The position numbers and the translations under genes are program-made. The notes beneath the pieces are model-generated. The model was not told the DNA's origin. It saw only the letters and a list, made by a program, of their open reading frames with translations, and ran no database searches. Of a DNA stretch of 41,616 bases, positions 11,853 through 24,900 are shown piece by piece (positions within the stretch are counted from its first letter, which is position 1; each line of letters starts with the position of its first letter). Source of the stretch: Octopus bimaculoides (lineage: Eukaryota); the NCBI RefSeq assembly GCF_001194135.2, contig NC_068992.1, positions 47,932,248-47,973,863 on the forward strand, given 5' to 3'.

Positions 11853-12233
11853 TGTTGTTGGCACTCCGCCGCTTACGACGTCGAGGGTTCCAGTCAATTC
11901 GATCAACAGAACAGCCTGCTCGTGAAATTAACGTGCAAGTGGCTGAGCACTCCACAGACACATGTACCCTTAACGTAGTTCTCGAGGATATTCAGCGTGA
12001 CACAGTGTGACAAGGCTGGCCCTTTGAAATACACGTACAACAAAAACAGGAAGTAAGAGTGAGAGAAAGTTGTGGTGGAAGAGTACAGCAGGGTTCACCA
12101 CCGTCCCCTGCGGGAGCCTCGTGGAGCTTTACGGGTTTTCGCTCAATAAACACTCACAACGCCCGGTCTGGGAATCGAAACCGCGATCCTATGGCTGCGA
12201 GTTTGCTGCCCTAACCACTGGGCCATTGCGCCT
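11853..12233 (-). mobile_element. Young tRNA-headed SINE (tRNA-Arg-like head) with (CAA) tail
   Basis: Head GGCGCAATGGCCCAGTGGTTAGGGCAGCAAACTCGCAGCCATAGGATCGCGGTTTCGATTCCC has clear A and B boxes and is CpG-rich. A truncated 3' copy lies at 11330-11380. Confidence 0.85.
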
Positions 12234-12624
12234 CCACTTAACAATCTATAAACAGCTATTTTCTAGCAACCAGGATGACGAGGCCCTTTCTAACCCACTT
12301 TTGGCATCTGAACTACCTGTGCACACTTCTTGAGAGTGAATATTTTCACTACACATTTACAGAGGTCAAACCAACAGAAGGGGATCATGGTAGGGGAGTG
12401 CTCTGATCAAGCTCAAGGTGTGGCAGTTTCCAATTCATGCGTGGGCTTCCATGAATTGCTTCCCATATTTTTCTATTATATTTATATTGATTGATGTATA
12501 TATTTATTTGTTTATTTCTTGTAAGTTATCTGTGTTTATATAACCAATTTTAAATATGTCCTAATATATTGTCTGTATAACATTGTTGCCCTGTACAAGT
12601 TTTTATATAACTATATACGTTTAT

Positions 12625-12629
12625 ATATA

Positions 12630-12665
<36 letters not shown>

Positions 12666-12809
12666 TGTATGTATGTGTTACATTTACTTACGTCTTTGTA
12701 TTACCTTTTGTAACATGTTGTTGTGTGTATGAATTGGTCCTGCTGGCAAAATAAATGAATTATTATTAACATTATTATTACTACTATTTGAATTATTATT
12801 GTTATTACT

Positions 12810-12848
<39 letters not shown>

Positions 12849-13079
12849 GCTGGCTTTTGTGTCTATTGAAATTATGTTTCCAGTAAATTTTATTTCACTT
12901 TTCATATTTATTAGTTTTAAACTTTATTTTATTTTACACTTAATTTGTGTATGTATATCTACCTGTGTGTCTGTATATGTTTGTGAATTCGTGTAAGTGT
13001 ATGTGTGTATGTATACATCATAATATATAGAATGGCATGCATTTAAGTAGTCACCACATACAGACAGACACACACACAA

Positions 13080-13160
<81 letters not shown>

Positions 13161-13443
13161 TACACGTATTCTGACGTCAATACACACCCTGTCCTTAACA
13201 CTCACATATATACACATTTTACCCTAACATACACACTCATACACACTAATATACAAAAGGACATACATAGACACTTATAGGCTTATACAGGCACACACAC
13301 ATATCTAACACATACATATGCACACAGAAACTAAAGCATATGTACATAATAATACATATAACCTAACACACACATCCAGAGACACAGACATATATTAAAA
13401 TAAACACAAAGATACATAGCCTAGCACACACAAACACACACAC

Positions 13444-13478
<35 letters not shown>

Positions 13479-13811
13479 CATGAGCACATATACCCAAACA
13501 TAAATAAGCAAGCATGGACACATACTGACTTCCCAACAATACATACACACACACATATGTGCATACATAACCTGACACATAGAGACACACATGGCCTATC
13601 ACCCGTACACCCATGTAGGATAGCCAGCCCACTTACACACACATGTATACAGAGACACAATGTGTAACATTCACACACACACAATACTTAATATACATTC
13701 ATTCATACACACACACACATACATACATACAGAAATATATATTGACAATCATATGCACACTCACACACATACAAACACATATAACCAAATATACACACAG
13801 ATTAGCAAACT

Positions 13812-13860
<49 letters not shown>

Positions 13861-14030
13861 ACTACTCCTCACACTTGCACACAGATTCATATAACCTAAC
13901 ACACACATAATGTCTTACATATATATATATTTATATACACACACACACACAAACTACTCCCGACACTCGCACACAGATTCCTATAACCTAACACACACAC
14001 ACACACACACACCCACAGAACATTGTTCCA
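12625..14030. repeat. Compound microsatellite field: (TA)n, (TATG)n, (TTG)n, (CA)n, (GA)n
   Basis: Directly visible. Includes an about 90-bp tandem duplication (ACACAGATTC.TATAACCTAACACAC). Confidence 0.9.
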
Positions 14031-14320
14031 CACAATAAAGCAGAAGTAGTAGTAGTAGCAGCAATAGCAGTACCAGTATTTCATTCCTTTAGAATATAGC
14101 CATCGTTTGCTGTATATTCTCCAATTACAATTACACATCTTTGTGTCAAAGAGATCAATTCTTGCTCTGTTATTGATTCTTGTTCCGTCTTTTGTTCAAG
14201 GAACCCACAAAAATCACTATCGCACCAAAACCGTTGTTGTTGTTCTTCTTGTGCTTGTTGTTGTCTTCGTTCTTAACTATTGTTACGACATTACGGCTAT
14301 CATTGTAACACTTTACTCAC

Positions 14321-14332
14321 CGTCTCAGACAT
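14321..14332 (-). CDS. Candidate first coding exon (M-S-E-T) followed by a strong donor
   Basis: ATG TCT GAG ACG|gtgagt, with an in-frame stop upstream and a locally CpG-enriched non-repeat context (14200-14440). Confidence 0.3.
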
Positions 14333-14507
14333 ACCGATATATCTATTCTTTAAACATTATTCCGTTTTTGTTCTTTTATTTTCGTTTTCATTTTGTCTTG
14401 TTTTGTGTTTTTAAAGGGGAGCGGGGAAGCCGATGGTTGGAAGAGGGTTAATGCAACTGTTATTAATATTGTTGTTGTTGTTGGTATTGTTATATTTTTA
14501 TCATTAC

Positions 14508-14550
<43 letters not shown>

Positions 14551-15304
14551 GAGAAGGCAAATAGGCTGTGAGCTGGCAGAGTTGTTAGCAAGTTAGCAGC
14601 ATTTTTTTCAGCTGAGTTCAAATTCCACCCGGGTCAAACTAAGCAAACATTAGTCCACAGTTAATACAAAATAAGGTATCAGTCAAGTATTAGAGTCAAT
14701 ATGCAGAGTCACGTGGCTTAGTGGTTAGCATGCTGGACTTATGATCCTAGGATTGTGGTTTCACTTCCTGGACCAGGTGATGCATTGTGTTCTTGAGCAA
14801 AGCGCTTCATTTTCTCAAGTCCACTCAGCAGGGAAAAATGAGCAATCCTTTGCTGGACTTGCGTCTCATCCAGGGAGGAATATACACGGCCAGAGAAACT
14901 GGGAAACTAGCCTTATGCTCCTTGCAGAATAATGTGGACTGATCAACTGGAGACAATGAAATTGAGTTGCCTGGCCTCTCTCCACAAAATCACTGGCTGT
15001 CTACCAAAATTAGAATGAATTATAAGACAGCAAACTGGCAGAGTTTATAAGCACATTGGACAAAACACTTAGCAGCATTTCTTTCAAATCTCAACATTCT
15101 GAGTTCAAATTTTAGAAGATGACACACACCCAGGAGCATATGGTTGAGAAGCAAGCTTCTTTCCACACAGCCATGCCTGTGCCTACATTATATATGTATA
15201 GACACACATACATACACACACATGTATTAATGTGTGTGCATGTGTGTTTGTATCTACTTGTCTTAACAGTATGTAATAAAAATCAGCAAGCCTTTAGTTG
15301 AGCA

Positions 15305-15645
15305 AATCGACCCCAGAACTTATTCTTTGTAAGCTTAGTACTTATTTTATTGGTCTCTTTTGCTGAACCGCTAAATTATGGGGACGTAAACACACCAGCA
15401 TCAGTTGTCAAGCGATGTTGGGGAGGACAAACACAGACACACAAACATACACACACACACATATATATGTATACATATATACGACAGGCTTCTTTCAGTT
15501 TCTGTCTACCTAATCCACTCACAAGGCTTTGGTCAGCCTGAGGCTATGGTAGAAGACACTTGCCCAAGGTGCCACGCAGTGGGACTGAACCCGGGACCAT
15601 GTGGTTGGTAAACAAGCTACTTACCACACAGCCACTCCTGTGCCT
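15305..15645 (-). mobile_element. tRNA-derived CORE-like SINE, same family as 1-337
   Basis: Aligns along its length with 1-337. Confidence 0.85.
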
Positions 15646-15939
15646 GTTTATTTTTAGAAAGATATTGTAGGGTAAGTGTGAGAGGCCATATCTGGCCAGT
15701 TTGAACATAAAACAGGTAGATTCTTTTGATCAGACATGGCCAATTCAAATGCCAATTTCAGTCAAAATGTATCTTTTATCTTTTACTTCTTTCAGTCATT
15801 AGATTAGAGTCATGCTGGGGAACTTCCTAACTTTGTTTTAATTAATTTTGAAAATAATGAAGGATTTAATAAAATAATTGTCATTATTAAGCTGCTGTTT
15901 GAAACATAAATTGATTTCAAATTTTGGCACAAGGCCAGC

Positions 15940-16090
15940 AATTTCAGAGGAGGGGGCAAGTCAATTACATCAACCGCTTCTTATTTTATTGACCCTGAAA
16001 GAAAGAAAGGCAAAATCAACTTTGGCTGAATTTGAACTCAGAACATTGAAGATGCACAAAATGTCACTAAGCATTTTGCCCAGCATGCTA
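15940..16090 (+). mobile_element. SINE 3' module (GAAAGGATGAAAGGCAAAGTCGAC...GAATTTGAACTCAG)
   Basis: The same module recurs at about 4060, 4290, 9400-9580, 21770, 33850 and 35310 (+) and at 7830 and 23680 (-). Confidence 0.7.
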
Positions 16091-16520
16091 CAAGAAATCT
16101 CATTCGAAGGTTTGAATTTGCAGCACTTTAAAACCGACGCATTGTGTCGCAGAAGCAAAGGTGGTCCCCAAAGAGGCTGAGAATAAATAGGATTAATTTC
16201 TGATTCCAAATCTCACCAAGACATGGTTGCTATTTCTAATAGGTCAAGCAACCACCTATAGTGTCATGTAAGTTTACAGCATGGAAAAGAAAGGAAAAAA
16301 AAAATTAAATAAATAGCTAAATCTAATATTTCCGACCAGAATTCGTTATCTATTCTCCAACGAAGAAATGTTCTTTGAAAGATATTAAATATCTCCTTAC
16401 TCTATAACAGAACTATCATAATTCCATTATATTTTTGGCTTTCGCCATATTGACTCTTATTAATGCTACCTTGCACAACTAATCACTTTATATTCTACTG
16501 GAAGTATTTGATCTATACAT

Positions 16521-16561
<41 letters not shown>

Positions 16562-16585
16562 CACACATCTACATGTGTATGTATG

Positions 16586-16641
<56 letters not shown>

Positions 16642-17044
16642 GAGAGAGAGAGAGAGAGAGAGAGTTAATGATGTTGTCTATAGAAATATGAAGTCAAACC
16701 TGGAATTTCAGGAAAACAAATTCATCTGAACAGCCCAGTTTTCGATTAAAACCCAATTTCAGTTTTTGAACGTGTTACTTTTTCTCCTATGTAATATCTG
16801 GAATTTATTATTAATTCATATATCGCATGAATATTTTCAGTGAGTTTCAATTGAATATTTCATATTTCATATCAAATATTTAAATATTCTGCACCAAAAT
16901 TGAAATCTTAACAAATTCTATACAATACATATTTTGAAATAAACCATTTATAGTGATTGTATATATGTATGTAAATAGATAGACAGATGTGTGCGTGTAT
17001 ATGTATATATTTCTATATATACACACACACACACACATTTATAT

Positions 17045-17270
17045 ATAAGGAATTGGGATGACAAAGGAAATAACCAAATATGTTATGAACTTCATTAGCT
17101 TACAGCTGTTTCTGCTATAAGGTGCAATGCACTCATGGTTTAGTGTTTGAGTATCACCCTATAACTTCATCAGAACTTCAAACATGATGCACAATTATTT
17201 GGAAAAACACATTTATATAAAGGTAAATGTTCATAACATAATTATCTCTTTTGTTATTCCAATTTCTTAT
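17045..17270. mobile_element. About 225-bp foldback element with ~45-bp imperfect terminal inverted repeats enclosing the hammerhead
   Basis: ATAAGGAATTGGGATGACAAAGGAAATAACCAAATATGTTATGAAC (17045-17090) pairs with GTTCATAACATAATTATCTCTTTTGTTATTCCAATTTCTTAT (about 17229-17270). Confidence 0.7.
17097..17177 (-). ncRNA. Type I hammerhead ribozyme motif (intact core, palindromic helix III)
   Basis: Minus strand: AGTT-CTGATGA-A-GTTATAGGGTG...CACCTTATAGC-A-GAAA-C-AGCT-GTA-AGCT. This gives an 11-bp helix II, a GUA cleavage triplet and a 4-bp helix I. Confidence 0.75.
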
Positions 17271-17675
17271 TACCACTCTGTAAACTGACGCTTTGTACTA
17301 AAGTATACGTATATAAAGTTCTAACACCAGGCAATTAGTATCACTATGCCTAGACAAACTATCAACATATATATATATATATTTATATATATATATATAT
17401 ATATATNNNNNNNNNNNNNNNNNNNNNNNNNNNNNNNNNNNNNNNNNNNNNNNNNNNNNNNNNNNNNNNNNNNNNNNNNNNNNNNNNNNNNNNNNNNNNN
17501 NNNNNNNNNNNNNNNNNNNNNNNNNNNNNNNNNNNNNNNNNNNNNNNNNNNNNNNNNNNNNNNNNNNNNNNNNNNNNNNNNNNNNNNNNNNNNNNNNNNN
17601 NNNNNNNNNNNNNNNNNNNNNNNNNNNNNNNNNNNNNNNNNNNNNNNNNNNNNNNNNNNNNNNNNNNNNNNNNNN

Positions 17676-17748
<73 letters not shown>

Positions 17749-18939
17749 TGGGTATATACATTCTCATCTTCCATGGGTTGGACAGGTTGGTACAGTCTGA
17801 ATCTGTATTCATTCAATGTTTCTACCCTCTTAGAATGTGGACTTTATCTCACACATATATCGCTATGGTTGGGTACCTTTTTATCACCAATTAATTTACA
17901 GAATATATTGAATGCATATCATTATGACATCAGCGCTATTGAGGTTGCTTTGTACCTCATAAAACTAAAAAGTTCTCACTATTCTATTGTGTATTGCTTA
18001 GACATTGCTCGGGAAGGTGGAAGGAAAGTAGAGAGATCTATGGCAGAAGAGCAGGAATGAGTGAGTAGTAGAAAGTAGAGTGATGGTAGCAAGTGAGTGA
18101 TGGTGATGGTAAGAGTGTGGTAGAGAGAAAGGGAGAGTAATTGATAGTAATAGAGGTGGGCAATGGCATGATGGAGTGATAGAAGAGAGTATTGAGCACA
18201 AAATGATTGAATGCAGTTCCCATTACACACGTGGCCTCATGGGGGGAGTGATATGCACAGTAATGTGAATAATGGGAATAGTATTGAATACAGACATTTG
18301 GTCCAATAATATCTCTTGTAGCAGTGAATAAGAGAGGGAGAGAGTGAGTCAGAGTGAGATGATAGAGTTATACAGGACACACCCATTTTTCCAAATTTAC
18401 ATATTACATAAGGTATCCACTGTAATATATTCAGTTTGCAAATTATAAACTTAATACTTCATCCTTGTGGAGGGAGCTTGCAAAAGAGGAAGAGCTAGTA
18501 TAGCCTCCATATGACCAATGTAATGTGAAAGTAATTGGTAGTTGGATACCAAGCAGAAGCCCATCGGATGTTATCATCATCATTGTCAATGTTTTAATGT
18601 CTACTTTTCCATGTTGGCATGGGTCAGATGAAACATTGAAGCAGTTTTTCTATGTCCAGATACCCTCCCAATCACCAACGCATCTTTGTTTCCCAGTAGG
18701 GCACTATGTCCTTTGAACGATACACTGCTCAATGGCTAGACAGGGTTTTCTTTTTGCAAAAAATTATAAATAAAGATACCGTAATGTAGTCAGTGTCTTG
18801 GATTTTATGCAGTACACATATGATATCTAGACAATGCCCTCACACACACACACACACACCATACACATATACAATAGACTTCCTATAATTTCTATCATCC
18901 AATTCCTCTCACAAAGTAGATGGAACACTGATTTTTCAA

Positions 18940-19345
18940 AGTAGATGGAACATGTGGAAGAGGGAGACCCAGGAGGACATGGGTGGAAGTGCTGAAGGAC
19001 AACTTCAGGATGCTGAACCTTTCATGAGATGACAAAGGACTTGGATGCCCGGTACCTTGCTATACTCAAGAAGAACCATATTCCACAACAAAAGTGTTAA
19101 GACTGCATCCTCTGGTGAAGAGAGTTGGCCTACAAGAGTACTGTGTCATATAAAAAGTACTCGTGCTGATGCCATGTAAAAGCACCCAGCACACACTGTA
19201 AAGTGGTTGGTGTTAGGAAGGGCGTCCAGCCATAGAAAAAAAAGCCAAATCTAACTGAAGCCTGGTGCTTCTCTCCAGCTGGCCAACTCTGGTCAAAGCA
19301 CCTAACCCATGCCAGCATGGACAATGGACATTGAATGATGAGGAT
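18940..19345 (+). mobile_element. 5'-truncated RTE-LINE 3' end with tail
   Basis: GGAAGAGGGAGACCCAGGAGGACATGG encodes a GRGRPRRTW-like peptide, followed by the family tail ending in (GAT)n. A similar copy lies at 26375-26835. Confidence 0.7.
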
Positions 19346-19899
19346 GAAGGCTTCGGTCACCATGAGTTTATAGCAGAAGACATCGTCAGTTGTAGTAAAC
19401 ATGAAAGAACATGGGGCTAAAGCAAATCTCTTGACCATATGGTCAGTACTTGTGTAGATGTGTGTGTATGTGTAGGTGTATTTTGTATGTGTTCGTTTGT
19501 CTGTCTAACTCTGTCTTAATGTAAAATAACACTGTTCTGTATTTATGTCTCATAACATAGCTGTTTGACAAATAGAGATCAATAAACTGAGCACCAGACT
19601 TATAATACTGGGATTGATATGATCATAGGATTTATTAAAATCTTTCAAGGCAGTGCCCCAGCATGGCCACATCACAACAACCAAAGAAAAGAAAAGTGTA
19701 AAAACAGTGAACGAAACAGAAAAAGATAGATAACTGAACATCTAATACCGCAAAGCATTTTAGCATTTTAGTCTGAGATTTTACTGATTCCATCATGGTA
19801 CCATCTTTGGATCAGTCAGAAATAACAGCAGTAGCAGTTGTAGCAGCAGTAGTTAGTTGTTGTTGTTGTTGTTGTTGTAGATAAAACTGGTGTCAAATT

Positions 19900-20165
19900 T
19901 AAAGATATTTAACTCTTTCCAGCCATATTGAAATGATACATTCACATGACGTACAAATAACCTTTCGATCTCTTGTAATAGCAAACACGCTGCTCTCCTG
20001 CTCTTAATAGTAGTTGATGTGTCACATCTCTTAAGTCAATTATGCAAATTTCCTTCTTGTAGTGATTGATGATTTCACTATTTCTGTCATTAATTCTTTC
20101 AGAATTCTGATCTTTCTCTTCATTCCTGATTTTGAAGTTTTGAAGTTCTAGCTTTTCATGTTTGT
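19900..20165 (-). mobile_element. Possible pre-RT fragment of an RLE-type (R4/Dong-like) LINE
   Basis: Open frame ending ...HQLLLRAGEQRVCYYKRSKGY, loosely like the QKLQAKAQRIRRYEKRSK region I recall upstream of such RTs. Weak. Confidence 0.3.
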
Positions 20166-21515
20166 TTTTTTGTTTTTTTCTGCTGTTTTTTATGTGTTTT
20201 TTTTTTTTACCTTTTNNNNNNNNNNNNNNNNNNNNNNNNNNNNNNNNNNNNNNNNNNNNNNNNNNNNNNNNNNNNNNNNNNNNNNNNNNNNNNNNNNNNN
20301 NNNNNNNNNNNNNNNNNNNNNNNNNNNNNNNNNNNNNNNNNNNNNNNNNNNNNNNNNNNNNNNNNNNNNNNNNNNNNNNNNNNNNNNNNNNNNNNNNNNN
20401 NNNNNNNNNNNNNNNNNNNNNNNNNNNNNNNNNNNNNNNNNNNNNNNNNNNNNNNNNNNNNNNNNNNNNNNNNNNNNNNNNNNNNNNNNNNNNNNNNNNN
20501 NNNNNNNNNNNNNNNNNNNNNNNNNNNNNNNNNNNNNNNNNNNNNNNNNNNNNNNNNNNNNNNNNNNNNNNNNNNNNNNNNNNNNNNNNNNNNNNNNNNN
20601 NNNNNNNNNNNNNNNNNNNNNNNNNNNNNNNNNNNATATATATATATCTTTAGAATATGATTCTGTGTAGGCTTTTTATGTATGCATACATGTATGTATG
20701 GAGATCTGCAGGTATGTTTGTTTGTATGTATGAACATATGGGGTGTGTATATGCAAATGTGCAAATGTGTATGTATGGGTGTGTGTGCATATAGGCATGC
20801 TGTTTGCATGTATGCATGTTTGTAAGCATGCATACATGCATTCTGTATGTGTGTCTAGATATGTTTGCGTGTGTGTATGTATTTGTGTGTATGTATGTGT
20901 GTGCATATGAATGCATGTACATGTTTGTACGTAGATTTATATGCAAGCAAGTTTGTGTATATGAATGTATATATGTTTGTACACATGTTGGGTGTGTGTA
21001 TGTGTGTGTGTGTGTGTGTGTGTGAACATGCATAAATGTAATATACATATTAATGTCTCTATGCATTATGCTATATTTCTATATACGTTAGCATATATAT
21101 ATTTCTCCTGAAAGGATCAAATGAAGAATTGTCGGAATGTTCTGCAAATCCTTAGGGTAGAGCTAATTGATTGGATATGAAGGATGTGTGGTAGTAGTGA
21201 TAGTAGTGGTATTGTTGTTGTGGCAGTGGCAACAGTGGTGGCTGATACCTGCCAATCACAACTGAACAAAATGTCACCAATTTTCTAGTGATGAAGCAGG
21301 ATTTGAACGCAGAATGCAAGTTGATAGAACAGATATTACAAAGAATCTTGTCTAAGGTCCTAACAGCTCTGCCAATCCACCTCTCAGAACTGGTGATTAT
21401 TTACTGAACCCCCCAAAAATATAAGAGGAAGTCGACTTCAACAGGATCTGAACTCACAGCACAGAGAATCAAAACATTCTACACTGAAGTCTAACCACTC
21501 TATCAATTCAGTCTT

Positions 21516-21692
21516 TTAACCATTTAGCAACTGAACTGACCATATCTAGTCCAAATATCCTTGCTGTCTTATGTCACTAAGCAGTCACATCATTAAAGTC
21601 CTGAAGCTACAAAGTTATGCATGATTAATTCAAAACGATTTAAATGAATGAGTATTACATTTGACTGAGTAATCTGAATATTAACAGGTTAA
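21516..21692. mobile_element. TTAA-flanked piggyBac-like MITE (internally deleted)
   Basis: TTAA-CCATTTAGCA...AATATTAACAGG-TTAA, related to 33185-33408. Confidence 0.55.
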
Positions 21693-22059
21693 AGCATGTG
21701 AGTGAGTTCATTCTGTTCTTTGTTAAAGACTTCAGCAATGCCAGGCTGTTATGTGTACCTGGAAGGATGAAATGTAACTTTGACCTGATCAGACTTAGAA
21801 CCCATAATGTAATCAGCTGGAACATACAGCAAGACATTTTGCTCGATCTAACAATTCTGCTAATCCACCAACAATGCATGGAAACATCATCATCATCATA
21901 ATCATCATCATCAACATTTAATGTCCGTTTTCTATGCTGGCATGGGTTAGACAGCTTGACAGGAACTGGCAAAGCCAGGGGCCTCACCAGGTTCCATAGT
22001 CTGATTTGGTTTGGTTTCTACAGATGGATACCCTTCCTATGCCATTAATCATTATTTTA

Positions 22060-23520
22060 AGACATTTGCTACATTCATCAGTGGAAATAAGATGCAGATA
22101 ACAAACCCCTGATTTCCATATTCTTTGTCTGATCAATAATCTTTCCTTGATTGACTACCAACTATGAACCGTTATAGTGATCAAACTCCATAGACATATC
22201 TCATCAGAATGTTTTGACCAGCTCTGTCTGTTGGTATCATGAAAGCTACCTGAATATAAATCTAACTCTTCAACAAAAGACATACAGGTGACAATCCTTT
22301 CATGATCCTAGAAAGCAGCCTTGGCATTTTCTCAACAGGTTGACAAGGCACTCATTGCCAGGACTACTAGCAGAACTGATAAGTTATCACACTGGAGTAC
22401 ACCTGACAATCACTTGATTCTGTTTGAGACTTTAACAGCTGCTTCATTTCTTTATGCTTCATATCTTCTGAGTGAACCACAATATAGTCAGTCTTTTAAT
22501 AGCATTTTGCAGAATAGTTAGAATGTTGGAAAAGCACAGTGATGCATTGATCCATGAGGAGTGGACAGGATGGAATGCCTTCTTATATGGTAACTATACT
22601 GTTATTGGAGATCACCAATGCTGTTCTCGTTTCTTTAAGGACAACTTTGTTGATGAAAAGTTGCTTGAAATAACTTTAGATTCCCTTCTTCTCTTCTGCC
22701 TGTTTCTTAGTCACAATGTTGTTTGTTTCACAGTGATCCTAGATAAACACTTCCAAGTAATCTGCATAAGTTCACACATAACATTTAAGCATATTACAGA
22801 CCTTATAATGTTTTGCCGAACATCCAATGCATTTTAAACTGGTTAATGAGGACTTTCCTTTAGAACATGAGCTTCTCATATGAATATGCACCTATCAGGT
22901 CTCTCCAAGGTGATTTTCCATTCAGTAGTTTCAGAACAACTATGCAGAGAATTTCACTAGTGATGCTCATCAACTGCTACAGGTGAGACATTTACATTGT
23001 ACTCCCCCTGTAGCTTGTTTAACTCCACTGCACCACGACTTATTTAGATTCTAGTTTCCCTGCCTCACAGAATGATTTCAGATCAATAGGGTGGAGTATT
23101 TACATCTTTGAGAATAATGACTTCACATGCAATAATAGACAGTTTGAGAGTTTAATAAAAACTTTTGGTTCATTAAGCTCCCCCTTGCCACTTTTTTTCT
23201 TTTTGTAATTTTCTATGGCCACAAAGCTTTTAACTTACCACTTGTAGTTCATGTTTAAGGGTTATTAGTTTATATATGAGTGTCTCCTGTCGACAGTTCC
23301 TGTAGATTCTGGATAGTCTATCATGAAGTCATAGCTGACATTTCATGAATTCATTATTCCCTTTTCATCTCATGATAATATCCAATGTTTTTCTGTCGTC
23401 TGTTGATGTTCATTTGAAACAGGTGATCCATTTTGGTTGTGCGTCATCATTTCGATTGATCTTACTAACTTCCATTTGTAGATGATTGATAATTGATACA
23501 AGGAAGACATTCAATATCCA
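22060..23520 (-). pseudogene. Decayed reverse transcriptase of an RLE-type non-LTR retrotransposon (R4/Dong-like)
   Basis: Frameshifted motifs in the correct order: LLNGKSPWRDLIGAY (about 22890-22930), DHCETNNIVTKKQ...KQLFINKVVLKE (about 22640-22740), YKKAF..HSSWI (about 22560-22590), GVLQCDNLS (QGD motif, about 22380-22403) and SFVEELDLY (YxDD relic, about 22255-22280). Confidence 0.8.
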
Positions 23521-24269
23521 AAAACGTGATGCTTCTATTTATGTGAGGTGACCATAGCAACTTGATCAATCATGAATAACATCAAATCAATAGGTTTCCT
23601 ATCAACTTATGTCAGTGAATTGGCAGAGTCATCAGAGCATTGGACAGAATACTTTGTAGTATTTCCTCTAACTCTCTGCATTCTGAGTTCAAATTTCAAC
23701 AAGATCAACTCTGTCTTTTTAACCACTTTTTTTTTTTTTGGGGGGGGGGGGGATCGATAAAGAAGTACTAATCGAAGGTAGTGGATTAGCAGAACTATAA
23801 GAATGTTGGAAATGGATGCTTTGCAGTATTTGTTCTCTTTCAATGTGTTCTGAGTTCAAATCCTGCTATGTCCTGTTTTGGTGGTAGACTAAATTCTTTG
23901 CATGCTAATAGCACCCTGGGTATCTTAATGAAGGGTACCACTCAGTTGCAACATTCAGACCAGGTTTCCAGTTTCAGAATACCTTTGTCCCTCCCTCTAT
24001 CCCTTCTAGAAGTCTTGGAAGCCCTATAACTGGTTGTGGGTACCAGTGTTCCTTCCTGACTAAATAATAGAAGAAAAAAATTCTTTCTTTATTTTAGCCC
24101 TGTTCTGACTTCAATAAACTCATATGCAATGGTGTTTGAGCATTCCAGCTATGACCACACCATCGACAGGAATAATGTACCTAAGGTTATATTACTAAAT
24201 GTTTCCTTCTTTTACTCAAAATGATGGACTAGGATTTGCAAGAGATTGTGTGCATGTGTATATATGTCA

Positions 24270-24900
24270 TCATCATCATTTAGCATCCATTTGTCCATGC
24301 TGGCATGGGTAGGATGGTCTGACCAGCGCTGGCAAGCTGAGGGGCTGCACTAAACTTCAATCTGATTTCGTATGGTTTCTATGGTTGGATGCCCTTCCTA
24401 ATGTCAACCACCCTGAGAGTGTAATGGGTGCTTTTATGTGCCACCGGCACAGGTGCCAGTTGTGTGATACCAGTATCTGCCATGACTCTGATTTCACTTG
24501 GCTTGATGGATCTTCCTTCTCAAGCATAGCATATTGCCAAAAGTCTCAGTCTATGCTGAACTCTCAGGCTATGAGATGACATTAGGAAAGATAGCCAACC
24601 ATAGACACCATACCAAAGCAATATTGGAGCACAATGCAGTCATCAAACCCACAGAGTTCTATCAAAGCCATACCAGCATGGATGTTAAATGATGATTATG
24701 GTATATACATATGTATATCATCATCATCATTGTTTAACGTCCATTTTCCATGCATGCATGGGTAAGACAGTTGACAAGGCGCCAGCCAGGTAGAAAAACT
24801 ACCCTAGGCTACAGTGTCTGTTTTGGCAGGGATTTTATGGCTAGATGTGCTTCCTAACACCAACACCTTCAGCAGTACATATACTTAACTTGGATAGGTG
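24270..24900. mobile_element. Cluster of three RTE-tail SINE fragments in opposing orientations
   Basis: (CAT)n-started minus copies at 24270 and 24715, and a plus copy ending AAATGATGAT at about 24695. Confidence 0.6.

Noticed and set aside
11853-12233. Possible tRNA gene
   Set aside because: No acceptor-stem closure, and it continues into a SINE body.
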